The notes beneath the pieces were generated by a model. It was given only the letters and a program-made list of their open reading frames with translations. It searched no databases and had not been told where the DNA came from. Position numbers and translations under genes: made by a program. Shown here piece by piece: positions 36,660 through 50,562 of a stretch of DNA of 64,000 nucleotides. Origin of the DNA: Botryllus schlosseri (Eukaryota); the NCBI GenBank assembly GCA_051294905.1, contig CM119372.1:8930001-8994000 (forward strand), given 5' to 3'. Position 1 is the first letter of the stretch; each line of letters begins with the position of its first letter.

Positions 36660-37117
36660 TAGGGCTGGCACAATGATTCGAATCGAGTAGTGAAAGACAA
36701 TTTTTCTAGTACTAAAATTATACGCTCCTCACAACTGAAAGGTAATTTACTAATGAGAATTATAGTTTTGATACTATTTTCCACCGGGGAAGCCTTGAAA
36801 CCTTGATTGGCCGTGCCGCAGCATACGAGACATAGTACAAAGCTACAAATTTACAGGAAATAACATATTACCGCAGTCACGATCATCCCACAACATTGTT
36901 AAGAAGTGCAATGAAATCAGTCTGGTCGAAAAAATACTGAAGTATCTTTGATGTGATGGATTATGGCATTATGTACTTTGTGGTGGCATAAAAGGTACAT
37001 GTTTGAACTTTGACAGAACATTTTCTGTTGTGACGTCATAATCAGTGATACTCGAATTGAAGCGTAATACGTGATTCAGAATCGAATCACTCAGGTACTC
37101 GATTTTGCCCAGCCCTA
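36660..37117. mobile_element. TAGGGCTGG MITE
   Basis: TIRs present; TSD gtttagag/gttgagag. An inverted homologue lies at 40584-41119. Confidence 0.8.
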
Positions 37118-37248
37118 GTTGAGAGCATATGATAGGAATGTTGGAACTTGACGACTCATTTGTACCATATCTTGCAAGAGTCAAATATATGCGACGCAGC
37201 ATCTTGATCCTTGGTTTATGAAGAGTGTTTGATATCAAGTATCTATAG

Positions 37249-38442
37249 CAGGGTTGTAATAACTCGAGTCATTTTATCAAACTACGGAAATGACTTGACT
37301 CGAGTCAATATGTGTATTGACTCGACTTTGACTTCAGTCATTGCGCATGACTCGAGACTCAGACGACCAAGACCAGCATTTCATTGTAATTTCGACGAAT
37401 AGTAGAGTAACCACCCTCTTGGGAGTTCGTCTATTGCAGTGGTTCCCAACGTGGGCGATATCGCCCCCCAGGGGGCGATTTGGCGTTCTAGGGGGGCGAA
37501 AACAGACGAAGGGGGCGATAGGGGGGAAAACAACGGAGGGGGCGATGGCGCGTTAAAATGGCTACATGGAGTCAGGACCGTAACTGCCACACCCCAAACC
37601 CCCAATTTGGGGGGCGAACTCGAAGGGGCCAAAATTATTTTGTGAATTAACATAAATTATAGAGTAATTTTCGCGCTGCGCGCGATTCAATATTGTTATA
37701 TATATTGATTTTGGGATGCCCTTCCCCCAACAACAATACGCATGATTTATGGAAATGGAGACTTCGGCAACAGCCATTACTGCGCCACGACGCTCCAAGA
37801 CATATGAAGTTATAGGCCATGTGACATACGACTCCGAGAAGTATGCCAGAACGATCAGTAGCGAGAAGACCTTAGCCGAAAAGGAATGCCCTTGTGCTGA
37901 CCGAAAACTTTGATATATATACATATGTGTTTAATTGTCCACAGGCGCCCCAACGGAAATTTAGCTGTAAAAGTGTAATTTCAAGGTCGAGCCGAAAAGT
38001 TGACTTTTTTCGGTTCCCAATATTTGGGGGGCGATGATCGGCGTGGAGCTTCAAAAGGGAGTGATGAGTCGAAAAAGGTTGGGAACCACTGGTCTATTGG
38101 TACTGGTACTTGAAAATGCGACCAGAAACTATTAAAAGTGAGAAAAATTAGTATATTGTAAATGTGAACCATTCGATATCATCAACCAGAGTTATAACAG
38201 TGGGTTTAACAAGACTTTATCTGGAAACTGAGCAGTCAACACACCCAATGACTTGGACTCGGACTCGAGTCATAATACCATGACTCGGACTCGAACCTCC
38301 GCTCGATGACTTGGACTCGGACTTGACTCGGTGGCGAATTGAAAATGACTCGACTTGACTCGAGTCGAAACTAAAAAAGTGAGATTGACTTGTGACTTGT
38401 GATGATGATGACTCGGAGCCTTGTGACTTGGTTACAACCCTG
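37249..38442. mobile_element. CAGGGTTGTAA-TIR element (GACTCG repeats) carrying nested MITE 37437-38091
   Basis: Outer TIR CAGGGTTGTAA / TTACAACCCTG. The inner CAGTGGTTCCCAAC element has a perfect TSD, gtctattg. Confidence 0.8.
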
Positions 38443-39510
38443 TCGCTCGGTATGCCCAACCAACAAGTCGCTGCTGAAGAGATTTGGTGTCCTAAACATA
38501 TAGAAGATATGCGGAAACTAGAAATCGCCAACTTTATTAATCAGTTCCACTGCGGTCATTGCCCCAAATATTTCAATGACTTCATCACCTTGGAATCAAA
38601 AGAGCACAAGTACAACACTCGCGCGTCCACGTCCAAATATATATGATCGACCAAAATGATCATCGCTCTATCAAATAGGCCGGACCTGACGTGAGAACCA
38701 GCGTGTACACGCTGGTGGAAAAGTATCCCGCCGGCCATCCGACAGTCGACGAGCATGTGCAGTGCACATTCAAGTCGAAATACAAACAATTACCACTAAA
38801 TAAATACTAGTCCAGTGGTTCCCAACCTTTTTCACCCCATCGCCCCCTTTTCAAGGTCAACACCGATCATCGCCCCCCAAATTTGGTGTACCGAAAATTG
38901 GGGATACAAACTGTAATCACCGGCGGGTTGACTAAAAAAAAAAAAGGTCAATTTCCGGTACGATGTCTAATTTTACACACTTTTGTAACTAAATTTCCGT
39001 GGGTTGACTAAAAAAAAAGAAAAAAAAAAAGGTCAGCCGCTTTGGCGCGTCATCGCCCCCCTATCGCCCCCTTCACTATTTTCGCCCCCCGCCGCCCCCT
39101 TTGTCCACTTTCGCCCCCCTGTCGCCCCCTTCGTCATTTTCGCCCCCCTAGACCGCCAAATCACCCCCTGGGGGGCGATATCGCCCACGTTGGGAACCAC
39201 TGTACTAGTCCATCCGCAAGATTACCGGACCACAACCTGACATATCGATCTCGCCTTCCATGACATTCCACGCCATTTTTTCGCTTGCTTTTTTCTATAC
39301 TATCTTCGTTTACTAATCATTCAGTGTGCAATGTGCAATTGTGCATGCCTCCTCTTTACATAGCATAGGCCAATGTAGGTGTCTCATTCCATAGAGTATT
39401 CCAAGTCGCTTCGACACCTTCGTAGCTTTTCATTGCAACGCATTTTGTGGTATATCGAACAGATAAAAATTGCTAATAAACCAATGATGATGATTGATTG
39501 ATTGATTGAT
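38443..39510 (+). mobile_element. 5'-truncated L2/CR1-like LINE interrupted by a MITE
   Basis: Encodes ..LEIANFINQF..P.YFNDF..HKYNTR, typical of the L2/CR1 ORF2 C-terminus. Its 3' UTR is shared with 36-378 and it has an ATG/ATTG microsatellite tail. Confidence 0.7.
38813..39202. mobile_element. hAT MITE (CAGTGGTTCCCAAC family)
   Basis: TIRs present; perfect TSD tactagtc. Confidence 0.9.
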
Positions 39511-40583
39511 GATAATATCAGTATAGGACATTGTGCTATTATAGTGGATGTAGGAGAGGATGTACGTACATTGTACAATGTACAGTCTCTATAATGCTAT
39601 GATAGCATAGATATCGGCTTTAGCGCCACCGTGTGAAATTGTCGTAACAGCTGATATCTGCTTTGTTTTTCTTTTTCAACAGGCCAAGTTGTAAATATTG
39701 ATCATGATCAGAACGCACAGCGTTTTGATTGGTGTTTATCCTGAGGAATTTGGCGCATATAAATGTCGCAGGTGTCGCTTGTTGGAAGAATCGTTTAGAA
39801 GCACCATGTCTCCAATTTTCGTGTGCATGAGATTTAGATTAGTGACTATATAGGTAAACTGATGCGATATTATGTACCGCATATTTTTTAGCCTATCAAC
39901 TCATATTTGAATTTTGAATATACAAAATATAGAAATTTTGTTTTTCACGCTCAATTGAATATCTATGAATAAATGGAGACTTGATTTGAGCATGAATACT
40001 CTGCCATATCAACTATATTAACTATGACGTAACTTGTAATATTGTATCTATTCTGCTTTATGTTATTCTGTTGTTATTTCCTTACAATATTTTAGCATAT
40101 GAAGCTGTTCTGTAAATACACCATGGATACTTCAGGATCAGTCCACCTTGTTGTTCACATTTGTTCATCACTGCATTCACTGCTGGGTTACATCACATTT
40201 TTTCGATATTTTTTTCTATTTGAGCTATCTATGCGATAAATGAAGCTTATATTTTGGTATTGTAATATTGCTATATTGTGGTCTCACTGGTCTGTTCAGT
40301 GGTATATAGGATAAGGCTACAGGCTTAGGCTTGGGCTAGATTGTAAGTACCTAAATATATTGTGATATCTCCAAAATATATATGGTGACATCGGTGAAAT
40401 TGAATCTATGTGTGACAGGATATGAAATTATGTGTTATATATGTTTTGAAGGTGTAGCTATTAGTTAGGTTGTCTTGCAATTGTAAAATGATTGCGTTAG
40501 GTATCTTTTTATGGAATTTTAGTTCAAATACTGTCTTCAAATCTTAATTAATGCCCATAAACTTCCAGTGAAGTACTGATCGG

Positions 40584-41119
40584 TAGGGCTGGGCAAAATC
40601 GAGTACCTGAGTGATTCGATTCTGAATCACGTAAAATACTTCGAGTCGAGTCGAGTAATCGAGTATCACTCATTATGACGTCATATAATAATATTATTTG
40701 TCAAAGTTCAAATATGTACCTTTTAAGCGACCACAAAGAATATAATGCCTGTTATCCATCAAATTAAGGATACTTTGTTATTTTTTTTCGACCATACCGA
40801 TTTCATTGCACTTAGTGAGAGTGACAATATTGTGCCATGATCATGACTTAGGAAATGTGCTATTTCCAGTAACCTTCGTAGCTTTGTACTTCATGTTTCG
40901 TATGCTACGATACGGCCAATCAAGGTTTCAAGGCTTCAACAGTGAAATTAGCATAAACTCGTTGATCGTTGATAAACTCCTCGTTGATAAATCAACTTTC
41001 AGTGGTGAGGAGCGTATAATTTCAGTACTCGAAAAAATCGTCTTTTGCTACTCGACTCGAATCATTAAAATTAATACTCGATTCAGATTCGAGTACTCGA
41101 ATCATTGTGCCCAGCCCTA
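40584..41119. mobile_element. TAGGGCTGG MITE
   Basis: TIRs present; perfect TSD ctgatcgg. Confidence 0.85.
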
Positions 41120-41233
41120 CTGATCGGTGATCAGGCTACGTCCATAAACACATGCAGTTTTCCAAATCCTAACATGTTGTACATTTATTGAAAGATTTGG
41201 TCTTGGTTTTGGTGTATTATGATAATCACGACG

Positions 41234-44200
41234 ATGCAGCAGCCTGAGATTTCAAATACGGAGAGAAAGGAGATGGAGAATTTAACTAAACTATTGTGCT
41301 TGAAAACTGCTCAAGTGATTGTACAAGGACGACAAGGAAAAGCAATCTCGTCAGAATGTAGCTTTATGTCCACTGGTCCGAAAAAAGTAAGATCTTAACT
41401 CTTAACATATTGTGTCACTATTCCAGTGATTTGCCGCAAAAATATACTACAATAATATAACGTAACAAATGAGTGCAGTTTTACAATGTCCAAAATCTGA
41501 TGTCAATGGGGATGGAGCAATAGGTACCGTACTCTACTGGATGTTTTGATCTTTATTAATCATTACAACACCAACTCCTGTATGGTTAGACGTCACAGCA
41601 ACATGTCTGACCCTTGCAGTTTAAAATTTATGTCTCGAGTAGATTTGTCAATGTAATATTGTGCAATATGTAATGGCTAAAGCTATTTGTAGCTTGATAA
41701 ACAACTTAGAATTTAATGTTTTCCATTTGGTGCGTGGTGCACTCTTTTCACTGCTTTGATGATCAGTAAGTTCATTAAAAGTGATTGTGACGTTTGAATT
41801 GGTCTTATGATATTTACCAATTAGTTTTATACAATCGAATAGTTTAGTGGCAATGTGATTGTGATGTGGGAAAAACAAAAAGTTTGCTGGACTGCATAAA
41901 ACAACATGTCCCAGACTCATGAGTACATGAGCATCACGCTCATCCCCTGAAGCTTGATTTAGAACAAGCTAAGGTCATAAATCCTGCCATTGGTGAACAT
42001 TTTTTGGATAATCATGTTCGTTTGGAAAATTATCGAGACAACAGATTTTGTATTTTAGGGAGAGGCCGTTCACACTTTCATTTCGGTGCCCCTTGGAGTC
42101 GACTTTTATCATAATACGCCGACCAAGTCTGTGTCTACAGAAGGAGTTCGTGTTCCCATCCAAAAATAGTACATTAAGCTTAAGCTCTCTCTTCGCCCTA
42201 GTTATTCAAAATGCCGGTGACTTCATATTTTGTGATACGATTGTTGATGTACAATGTTCTTTCCAATCCTCTACTAGTTGCTGACGATTACCCCTGACAA
42301 GTGCTAGGTTCATTTCAATATGAATACACCCTTCAATTTCAAATTGAAGTTCTGTACCTCCAAGAAGCTCTTCAATTAATTATATACCATACCGTAAACC
42401 GGGGTAACTTTGGACTTAAGGGTAACTTTGGACACTAAGCAGTAAAAGATTTAAATGGTTATTGATGGAAAATGGTTGCCGTTGGATGTCCAATTCTTTT
42501 TCATGAGGCAAGAGTACCACAAGTAGTCTCAATAAAAGATGGATTCATTTCACTACAAGTTAAACTTGACCCAACATTGATAAGTTAATGGCGGGGGTCA
42601 ATTTCATCAAAATTGATGGCCATTAAACTTCTTACAACCAAACATAGATAGCATGTGATTCATAGATTCAAAACTTGGCAGCAGATACCTCTAAGTAGTC
42701 TTAATCCATGGCAAAAAACTCAGTGGGCTCACCCTTATATCAATACAAGAAAACGTGATGTCCAAAGTTGCCCCGTAAAATTTCATCAGAACGGGGCAAC
42801 TTTGGACAGTGGAAAATGTGATATTGAGAGCTCTGGAAAGTGACTGCTTCATCTGTGTCAAAGTGTATCGTCAACTATAGTCATTATGACCGGCCTGATG
42901 ACTTTTTAAAATGGAATGAGACGGTCAACAAATTAAGAGTTTGCCAAAATATGAAAAATGGGTAGGCAATGAGTTGAGAGATTGTAATCGGGCGTAAGCT
43001 ACTTCAAAAACTTATCACATACTCCTAAAGATGTGCCTGCTGAATATGGGATATCGTAAATCATGACAAATATATCCATCAGAGGACATAATAAAGGGAA
43101 AGTGATTCTTTTAAAGAACAGTAACATATTTGAAATCGGCAATAATTCACGGTAACATGCTTAATGTTTGCTGTCGGTTGCTGACACTGCCAGTGGGATA
43201 CCCCTCATCACCATATATATGTTATTTATAAGTCCCAATTGGTGAAGGCATGAGGGAAAATTGAGATAAGGGATGAATAAGGGAGCATTACCCTTCATAA
43301 ACTACCTAATTTTTTTTTGGGGGGGGGTGGATTAGGTAAAAATCATGCAATAGTCCAGACTTAAACTATTTTGTTTCAGTTTTAGCCACTGCTCTCATCA
43401 ACTCTTGCCAAATAAGCCTTATTTACGAGGTTTAATAAACAATAGAGTGTAAAGGCATACAGAAAACTACATTGTCCAAAGTTACCCCACATGCAGGGGT
43501 AACTTTAGACACGGATAATTTACGAAAATAAGGTACTTATTTATGACCATGAAGATTTTGGATTAGGTGATTCTAATCTTTGCTCCATGACCCATGAAAA
43601 ACACAAAACTTGCCTCCCCTACACCCCAGCATTTCCAAGATACAGAGCGGAATTGTTGAAAATTGTCCTATGTTACCCCGGTTTACGGTAATTTAAATGT
43701 AGGCCTATATGTACACCGGTAATTATGTATTTTCAGTTCTACCCTTGGTGATTAGTCTAGGTTGAAATGCTCTCCTTTACAGTTCAACCCAGCTATTAAA
43801 GACATTCCTGATGTGGATAAACAAGCAAAAATAACCTTGGCAAATGGATGCCCCACATTCAAATCCAGCTTTATCGTTGAAATCTCGTTGCAAACCAAAG
43901 ATTCCGAGTCTCTGACACTGGAGGTGTGGTCTCTAAGCATCAGTCCTAAGTATTTCACTTTACATTCCATGATTCAAAATAGTTGTCTGTGAATTTGATG
44001 GTGCTGTTTAGATACGAGGATACACGCGTTCCACACGCTGTTTACCGAAAAATGTCTACGATGTTGAGATCTTTAATGTGTGTTTCTCGAGCTACTCCTG
44101 CTTACAAACTTTCCAGAAATCAAGACGGAGAGTACATTACATGCTACAGGTATGCCGTATCTGCGTTATCACCTTTAGGTCCATCAGGAAAAAGTGTTTT

Positions 44201-47200
44201 TAACTCTATGTATATTAGGATCTATGGCGGAAAAGCAGATATCTCTGGATTGGGTGAGAACTGTCAAACATTCTGTATTGGGTCAATCGGAACACCAACT
44301 GGTACATTCACGATGGCTGTCGCATTTCGAAACAGTGTTAACCTACATCTTTCAACGAAAAAACTGTGGGTTTGTGTCAAAATTTCAAAGACGTTCTATT
44401 GCTTAAAGTCTAATCGTTTCTGCAGGGTATCAGCCCAACCTATGTTGGTAAGTCACGATCATTTCCACTCACCAACTTACGCTCCTGCACGTCCTTGCAA
44501 CGGATTACAATCAAGCCTACTCGGGTCAGTATATATTAGTTTTGAGAGTACTGCCGTTATTAGGCTGGGAAGGGGGTATGCCTAGTCACTGACGCCACTT
44601 AAAATGGTGGCGATGATGATGGGCAGTGGAAGTTTTGAATCTGGTAGTAGGCCGTAACTACTTTGAGTAGATGCGGGTAAAATCAGCAGTGTGAAACACA
44701 GCCTAAGCCAGACAGTAGCAGCACATCTCGTCTCGAAATCGCAAAACACATCCCCTTAACTTATCTGGAAGGTGGGTAATGATGCAAATAGGTAAAATTA
44801 CAAAAATGAATATTTAATATTAAAATGGCAGTATATCGCCTAGTATAGTGACTCTCACCGCTGATTGGCTGACCGGTGTTAGTCTGTTTCAACTTGCTGG
44901 TCTGCCAATTATATTATAATTTTATATCTCAATTGTGAAATGCAAGAAGTTGGACGCTTGTCAATAAATAGAGAAATGAATCATCAAATTTTCAATTGAA
45001 TTTGTCATATTTAGACTTCATGGTCTACTTTTTACTTTGTGTACGTCACAATGCCGCAAGTGTTGTACCAACCTGTTCAAAATAGCTTAGAACTCGTTTA
45101 TGATTAGTTATATATGAAAGCTTGGAAGACTTTTTGACAAAATCCGTTCAATTCCACCAGCACAATGACACTTGGCATTACAATAGTGGCTAGCAAGTAG
45201 CAGCCATCGAAGTCGCAGTTCTTTAAAAAAAACGAACAATCAAAATCAAGTTGGTGGTTTTAAACAGGACTGACGTTGCAGAAACTTCATAGAACTGCTA
45301 TAACATGTGTAATATCAATAATGTCAGCAGTAAATTTGTCATCAAGTTGAATTTTCTAATATTTGCATCTAGTTTTCATACATTTGTCATAATTTAATTT
45401 TGAGTTAATTTTGATTGATGAAGGTTCGCCGGTCTACAGAATTTTACTGGCCCGCAAGCTAAAAAGTTTGAGAACAATTGGCCTGGTGATGCGAATCTAG
45501 ACAAATTATACTTGCTATTTAACAAAATTACACCAAGTAAATAGTCCGGTTGATTTCAAAGTCAGTTACTATTTCGCGCTTCTTGTTATAGATCCAAAGA
45601 ATCCTTTTCTAAATCAAGGTTATCAGTTGAATCTTCTTCGCATCTGGGACAGTTCATCGCATGCGGTTCGTCACCGAATGATCATCACATTGAATCGTCC
45701 AGGACAAAGGTCGGTGTCTCAATGACGTAACTTTCTTGTAAAACCCGTAGTTACATAGTTCACGAGTCCACAGAAGTGCGTAAGGTGGTGCTGTAGCTGT
45801 CTTGATTATAGAAGCACATTTTCCCACCTGTAACATTATTTTTGATTTTCCAAATTCAATCACAACGATCTTCCTACAGTCTAATACCGATCAATCATGA
45901 TGGTAATATCGTTTGCGTTACTGACGACTGCGGCTTGGCAATATCGAGTGCGTGGGAGATTCAATTCCGAGTCTGGTATTCAAGTACTAGTACCACCTGA
46001 TGTCATAACAGCGATACGATAATGACTTGCAACGTTCAAATATGTATATTTTTGTGACTATAAGTAAAAGATGCGGGTTGCACATCATCCAAAATCATTT
46101 TGTTTTTCTTGCCCATGACTATTCCGTAGCGCTTTGTGACCATTGTTGGAGTCAATCACTCCATGAATATTAGCAGCCATGTGCCACATGTTTTTTCTTT
46201 GCAAGCCGAGGTGTCAAGGCACCCACCAACGGTTGAAATCAGTTTTAAAAGTATAATTTGTACCCTTCTTGTGACAGCTGCGTCTGTTATATTTTTGCTA
46301 CTCAAAAAATCGGAGTCTCACTGCTGGGCTATACTCATTCCAATTGATATTTGGCTCGGATTCAAGTAATCGAATCGTTGTGACGAGCCCTACTGACAAT
46401 TACAGTGCGGTTTTGTGAGATCAAGATTACAGATTTCAGATTTGACACAAATCAAGCTGATGTGTGATGCACCGACGAAATAGCGCAATGGTGAGGCGTC
46501 CGGCTTCTTGATCCCTGGCCGGGTCAGACCAAAATCCTGATTAGTTACACTGATATCCATGACTTCCCCGCTTGGCGCTCATGCATTACTGGGATAGCAT
46601 GGAGGGGTGGGGTCGTGCAAGACTTAAAATGCCGTACAAGGCTGTATCTGCACCTTCCTTGTCCAGCCGTATATGCACGCCATGCACTCATGGTAAGCAT
46701 ATGCACAGATCGTGTGTATGTATATCATGAGTCGGTATTTAAGCCGCAAGAACATCCAGGACAAAAATAAATTACGTCCTTTACTCTGCCTCAAGTTATT
46801 CTAAAATTCTTTTGAGGATCTGGGGGAACATTAGATGACATCAAAGTTTGATGACTGCGATCTTCTTATTCCAGGCAGCAATGTTTACGATTGGTACGCC
46901 ACCAGCGTCGAGCTCTCTTGGCAAAACCCCACCTCGAAAAATGAGCGACGTCACGTTTGACGGACGCGGGCTGAGGTCATCTGACAGACAATCGAAATCT
47001 TTCTTGCCAGCGCATCCCGAGCAGAATTTTTCTTATCCACTGCATCGGGGCCGTTCGCAGAGCAGGTTAGGATATCTGTACAATCTGTTCTGCAGATTAA
47101 GATATTGCCGGCAACTGCTCAGCTCCACGTATTCATTCTTGATCAACTGACTAATTTTGTTTGTTTGATTATGAAGCCTTTCAGCATTGTAATAGCAAAG

Positions 47201-50200
47201 ATCCTTCGTTTTTTTATCTTTCAAATCTAGTTATTATTATTATTATTTTGCAGTTCCTCTGGCGGTGGTGGAAGCACGCCTCTTCAATCGAATGGATGCG
47301 GTAGGTTTATACTTTGTCCTGTGGGTTCTGGTAATCTCCTATATATTCCGTTTACTGCCACAGGGTGAATAGTGACTTTGTAGGTACTGTGATACACAAC
47401 TGGTTGATGTACATTCAGATTCTAGTCACACTATTTTAATGTCTTGAATCCAGTCCCCACTCTAAAAGACTTGCCTTTACTCGGACTTAACTTGTGAACA
47501 GGCTCGGAAACATATTTTTGAGTCGATATTATAAGGAAAACAATCGGAACCTCTCGACCACACTAGAAGTCATCAATCCTTTATTTACTGTATTCTTTTC
47601 CATTTACGTTTTTGATATGGTTCACTCTAACAACAGCAGACAAACAGATTCCACTTGCCCTTAATTGCTTTTATAATGACATTAACTGGATTATAATAGC
47701 ATTACAGCTATGTGCACCAATTTATTCAAAAGTATCGTTGACTCTGGAATAACAATGTAGTTTGCGCTTCGATTCGGAAATAAGTCGTTGAATTCGGATC
47801 CGCACTGAATGTCTTCGTGGCTTTTGGAGATGATATGCGTTGTGGATGTGCGTTCAACCCCAAACATATAATATATTCACCATCCAGTTGACTGATTTGT
47901 AAATTTTAAAAATGATTTAACGACAACTAAAGACCGTCTTTTGTTGGCCATTTTGATGGAATTCGGCAACAATTGTCTCCTGGACGTTGGAACAATATTT
48001 CTCGTCGACGCTAATGTGAGGTCAGTTCTGCTCACAGCATTCATGCATTACTTCAGTACATGAACATTTCCTACATTGAATTATAGTAGAACAGTAGTAC
48101 TTCCAATGAAGTATGCCCTGTGACTGTGACTAGCATTCTCAGCAACGTACATGAAAGGGCTCGTATCTATTCTAATCTAGTTTATAAATAGCCTGCCAGT
48201 TTTGACAGTTTGGTGAGGTCTTGCATGCATCTGAATCCGCACAATTAAACGAAACAATTTCATAATATATGGCGACTTGAAATGACTCAAAACCGGAATA
48301 TTTAAGAATACCTGTCACTGTCATGACTGAGTCACTTTATAATTGTGTGACTTGACTCGGTGCTTGACATTAATAATATTGATATGACTAGTTGACTTGA
48401 GTCAAAATTTTCAGTGACTCCAACTTGCTACTCGGAGGTAGTGACATTATCCCAACACCAACTTCTAGACTAATGACTATGTAGTTAGTGCTTAAATGTT
48501 TATCGAGTATACGTCCTCAGAATTGGAAGGGGGAAGTTTCTGACAGTGGCCTCAAAGAAGCCTCGATGCACACCACTCTAAAAGACGACAACAATCTAAG
48601 CTTGTAAATATTTCAGAACGTCAAATATCCGATAATAACCTCAAAGAAGACTCGATGCACGACACTCTAACTGACGGCGATAATCTCTTCCGGCCGATAT
48701 CATGCAGCCCGTCGCCACGACTCAACCAGTCGAGGTCGTCTTTAATCGGGAAAAACGTCCGTTCTCCGCCAGACGTGCGTCAGACAAGCGGACAGTTGAA
48801 AAATTCCAACGTCGACTGCGTCACGGCTCTGAAGAGCAACTCACCGACTAATGCAAAAGTGGGTTTCCCCGAAAACGTCCGGTTAAACACGCACCATGCT
48901 TGCAATCCCACGTGGAGTGTGAAAACTACGTCTCGAAATGAATCAACGGCGGAAGCCGTTCGAGGGAATACAGCAAATTGTATGGCCACGTAAGTTTTTG
49001 CCTATTTTCAAATTTTTGAACTGTCATTTCCTTCAAATTTTCCGTAAAATCGGTACTTTTCTTCGTAACCATAATAGCGGCCCTGCTGCGCAAAACCTGG
49101 TGTTACTCGGGTAGGATTTGAAGTAATGAAATTCTGTACGCTTATGAGTTGTAGTATGATTTCAAAGCAAGCCAAATCTAGTTCAACTTGAGGTGAAAAC
49201 TGGAACAAACAGTGACCAAACAGTTATTTGTCAGCAAAAAGGTTCATTATAAAGTTCACAATGGATATTTCTTGACCATTATAAAGCCACTTCATTGTCT
49301 GGCTAATATTGCCGACTGATTTTTTGATATCCTATGTGATCTTAACTTGAACACTCCACTTGGAATTGCCTCACTTTAACTTTGATCTTCGTGAAGGTAG
49401 CATAAACATGACCCTTTTACTATCTTCTAAATCGCCCCAAGACTTACCAGAACGAATCTATTGAACTCTGGTCTCATCGCTTTACATGAAATACCAATTG
49501 GAAAGCCTTTTGGACACCTGTTTGCTGCTAAATCTTCTGCCTTGATGCCAGCAACATATAACATTACAAGTCTCCATTTGCAACACATCTCATCCGTATG
49601 CCGTGCCAATATATTATTCCGTTGGTATGTTTTCAGGCCTGGAGCATTTGTCTCTAATAGTAAAAGTCTTCAAAAGGAGTACGAGAAATTGACACTCGGC
49701 GCTCAGAACCACAGATATCCGTTTGATGAGCTGACATCCGGTACAGATGAAGAGGAAAAACTCAGTTCCGTTTCGCCGGCGGATGTTACTTCCAGGTATC
49801 TCGAGCTTCTACCAAATACCACATACATAGTCGCCTTATTTTGATGCGTCAACAATCACAGTCCGAATGGGTTATCAAGTCCAAGCAGCTGCTCCTCGTT
49901 ACACAGTAATGACTCGACGCCAAGCAAAACTACTGAAACTGATAATGGCGGCCATCCCGAGGATTACCTGATGGTTGAATTGGTATAATGGCATCGGTTA
50001 TTTTACAGAGGTATTTAGTCGTCATACGTCACTCGATTTGTTCAGAATCCAGCATTTGGTCGAGTTGATTCGGTGAAAGATCTCTGTGCGTTTTATAAAG
50101 CAGTTAAAAATGCCCCGAATCTTGTAATGTTTGAGGAGAATAAGGGTATGGAGACCCAAGAGACTCTGGTAAGTATAAGAACTAACAAAGTATTATCTTC

Positions 50201-50562
50201 TTATAGAGTAGCGTGTATTTGTTATTTGAAATTACTGAGTCTTTATTGTTTCTTTCATGCCAGTTTTGCCCAGCGGTTAGCATATACTTATCGTTGCATG
50301 TGGTGCCACATTCCATGTGTGATCAAGTTGTATTCTTTGCTTGTAAACTTCGATGTATTTTAATGCTATGCTACACCACCGAAACATTTTGACACATGTT
50401 TGTCTTAGCATAGTCTATCAATCGTGTGACGTATTTCAATGAAATATTGCGTTGCCAATGCTGAGCCTTTTTCAACAGCTTGAGCTCACGAAGCAACTGG
50501 AAGATTACCAAAAGGATGCCGCTGACTTCGATGACTTTGTGCGGCAGTTGGAAGCTTTCTAA
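41234..50562 (+). CDS. ATG13: Autophagy-related protein 13 (HORMA domain, disordered region, LIR, C-terminal MIM)
   Basis: Exon 41234-41386 reads MQQPEISNTERKEMENLTKLLCLKTAQVIVQGR and 43783-43949 reads FNPAIKDIPDV..VEISLQT..LEVW. Exon 44012-44149 has SRATPAYKLSRNQ and 44219-44365 has GSIGTPTGTFTMAVAFR. Later exons give the LIR-like EDYLMVEL (about 49960-49982), NPAF..DLCAFYK (50046-50168) and the last exon 50479-50562 ...DFDDFVRQLEAF*. These match human ATG13 motifs as I recall them. Boundaries of the middle exons are less certain. Confidence 0.93.
42392..43688. mobile_element. Tc1/mariner-pogo-type non-autonomous element in an ATG13 intron
   Basis: TIR CCGTAAACCGGGGTAAC / GTTACCCCGGTTTACGG flanked by TA, with internal GGGGTAACTTTGGAC repeats. 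Confidence 0.8.

Noticed and set aside
38240..38430. CRISPR-like or other regular repeat array (GACTCG; also GGGGGCGA and ATCCCGGGAT clusters)
   Set aside because: These are irregular subterminal repeats of TIR transposons in a eukaryotic genome, with no repeat-spacer periodicity.
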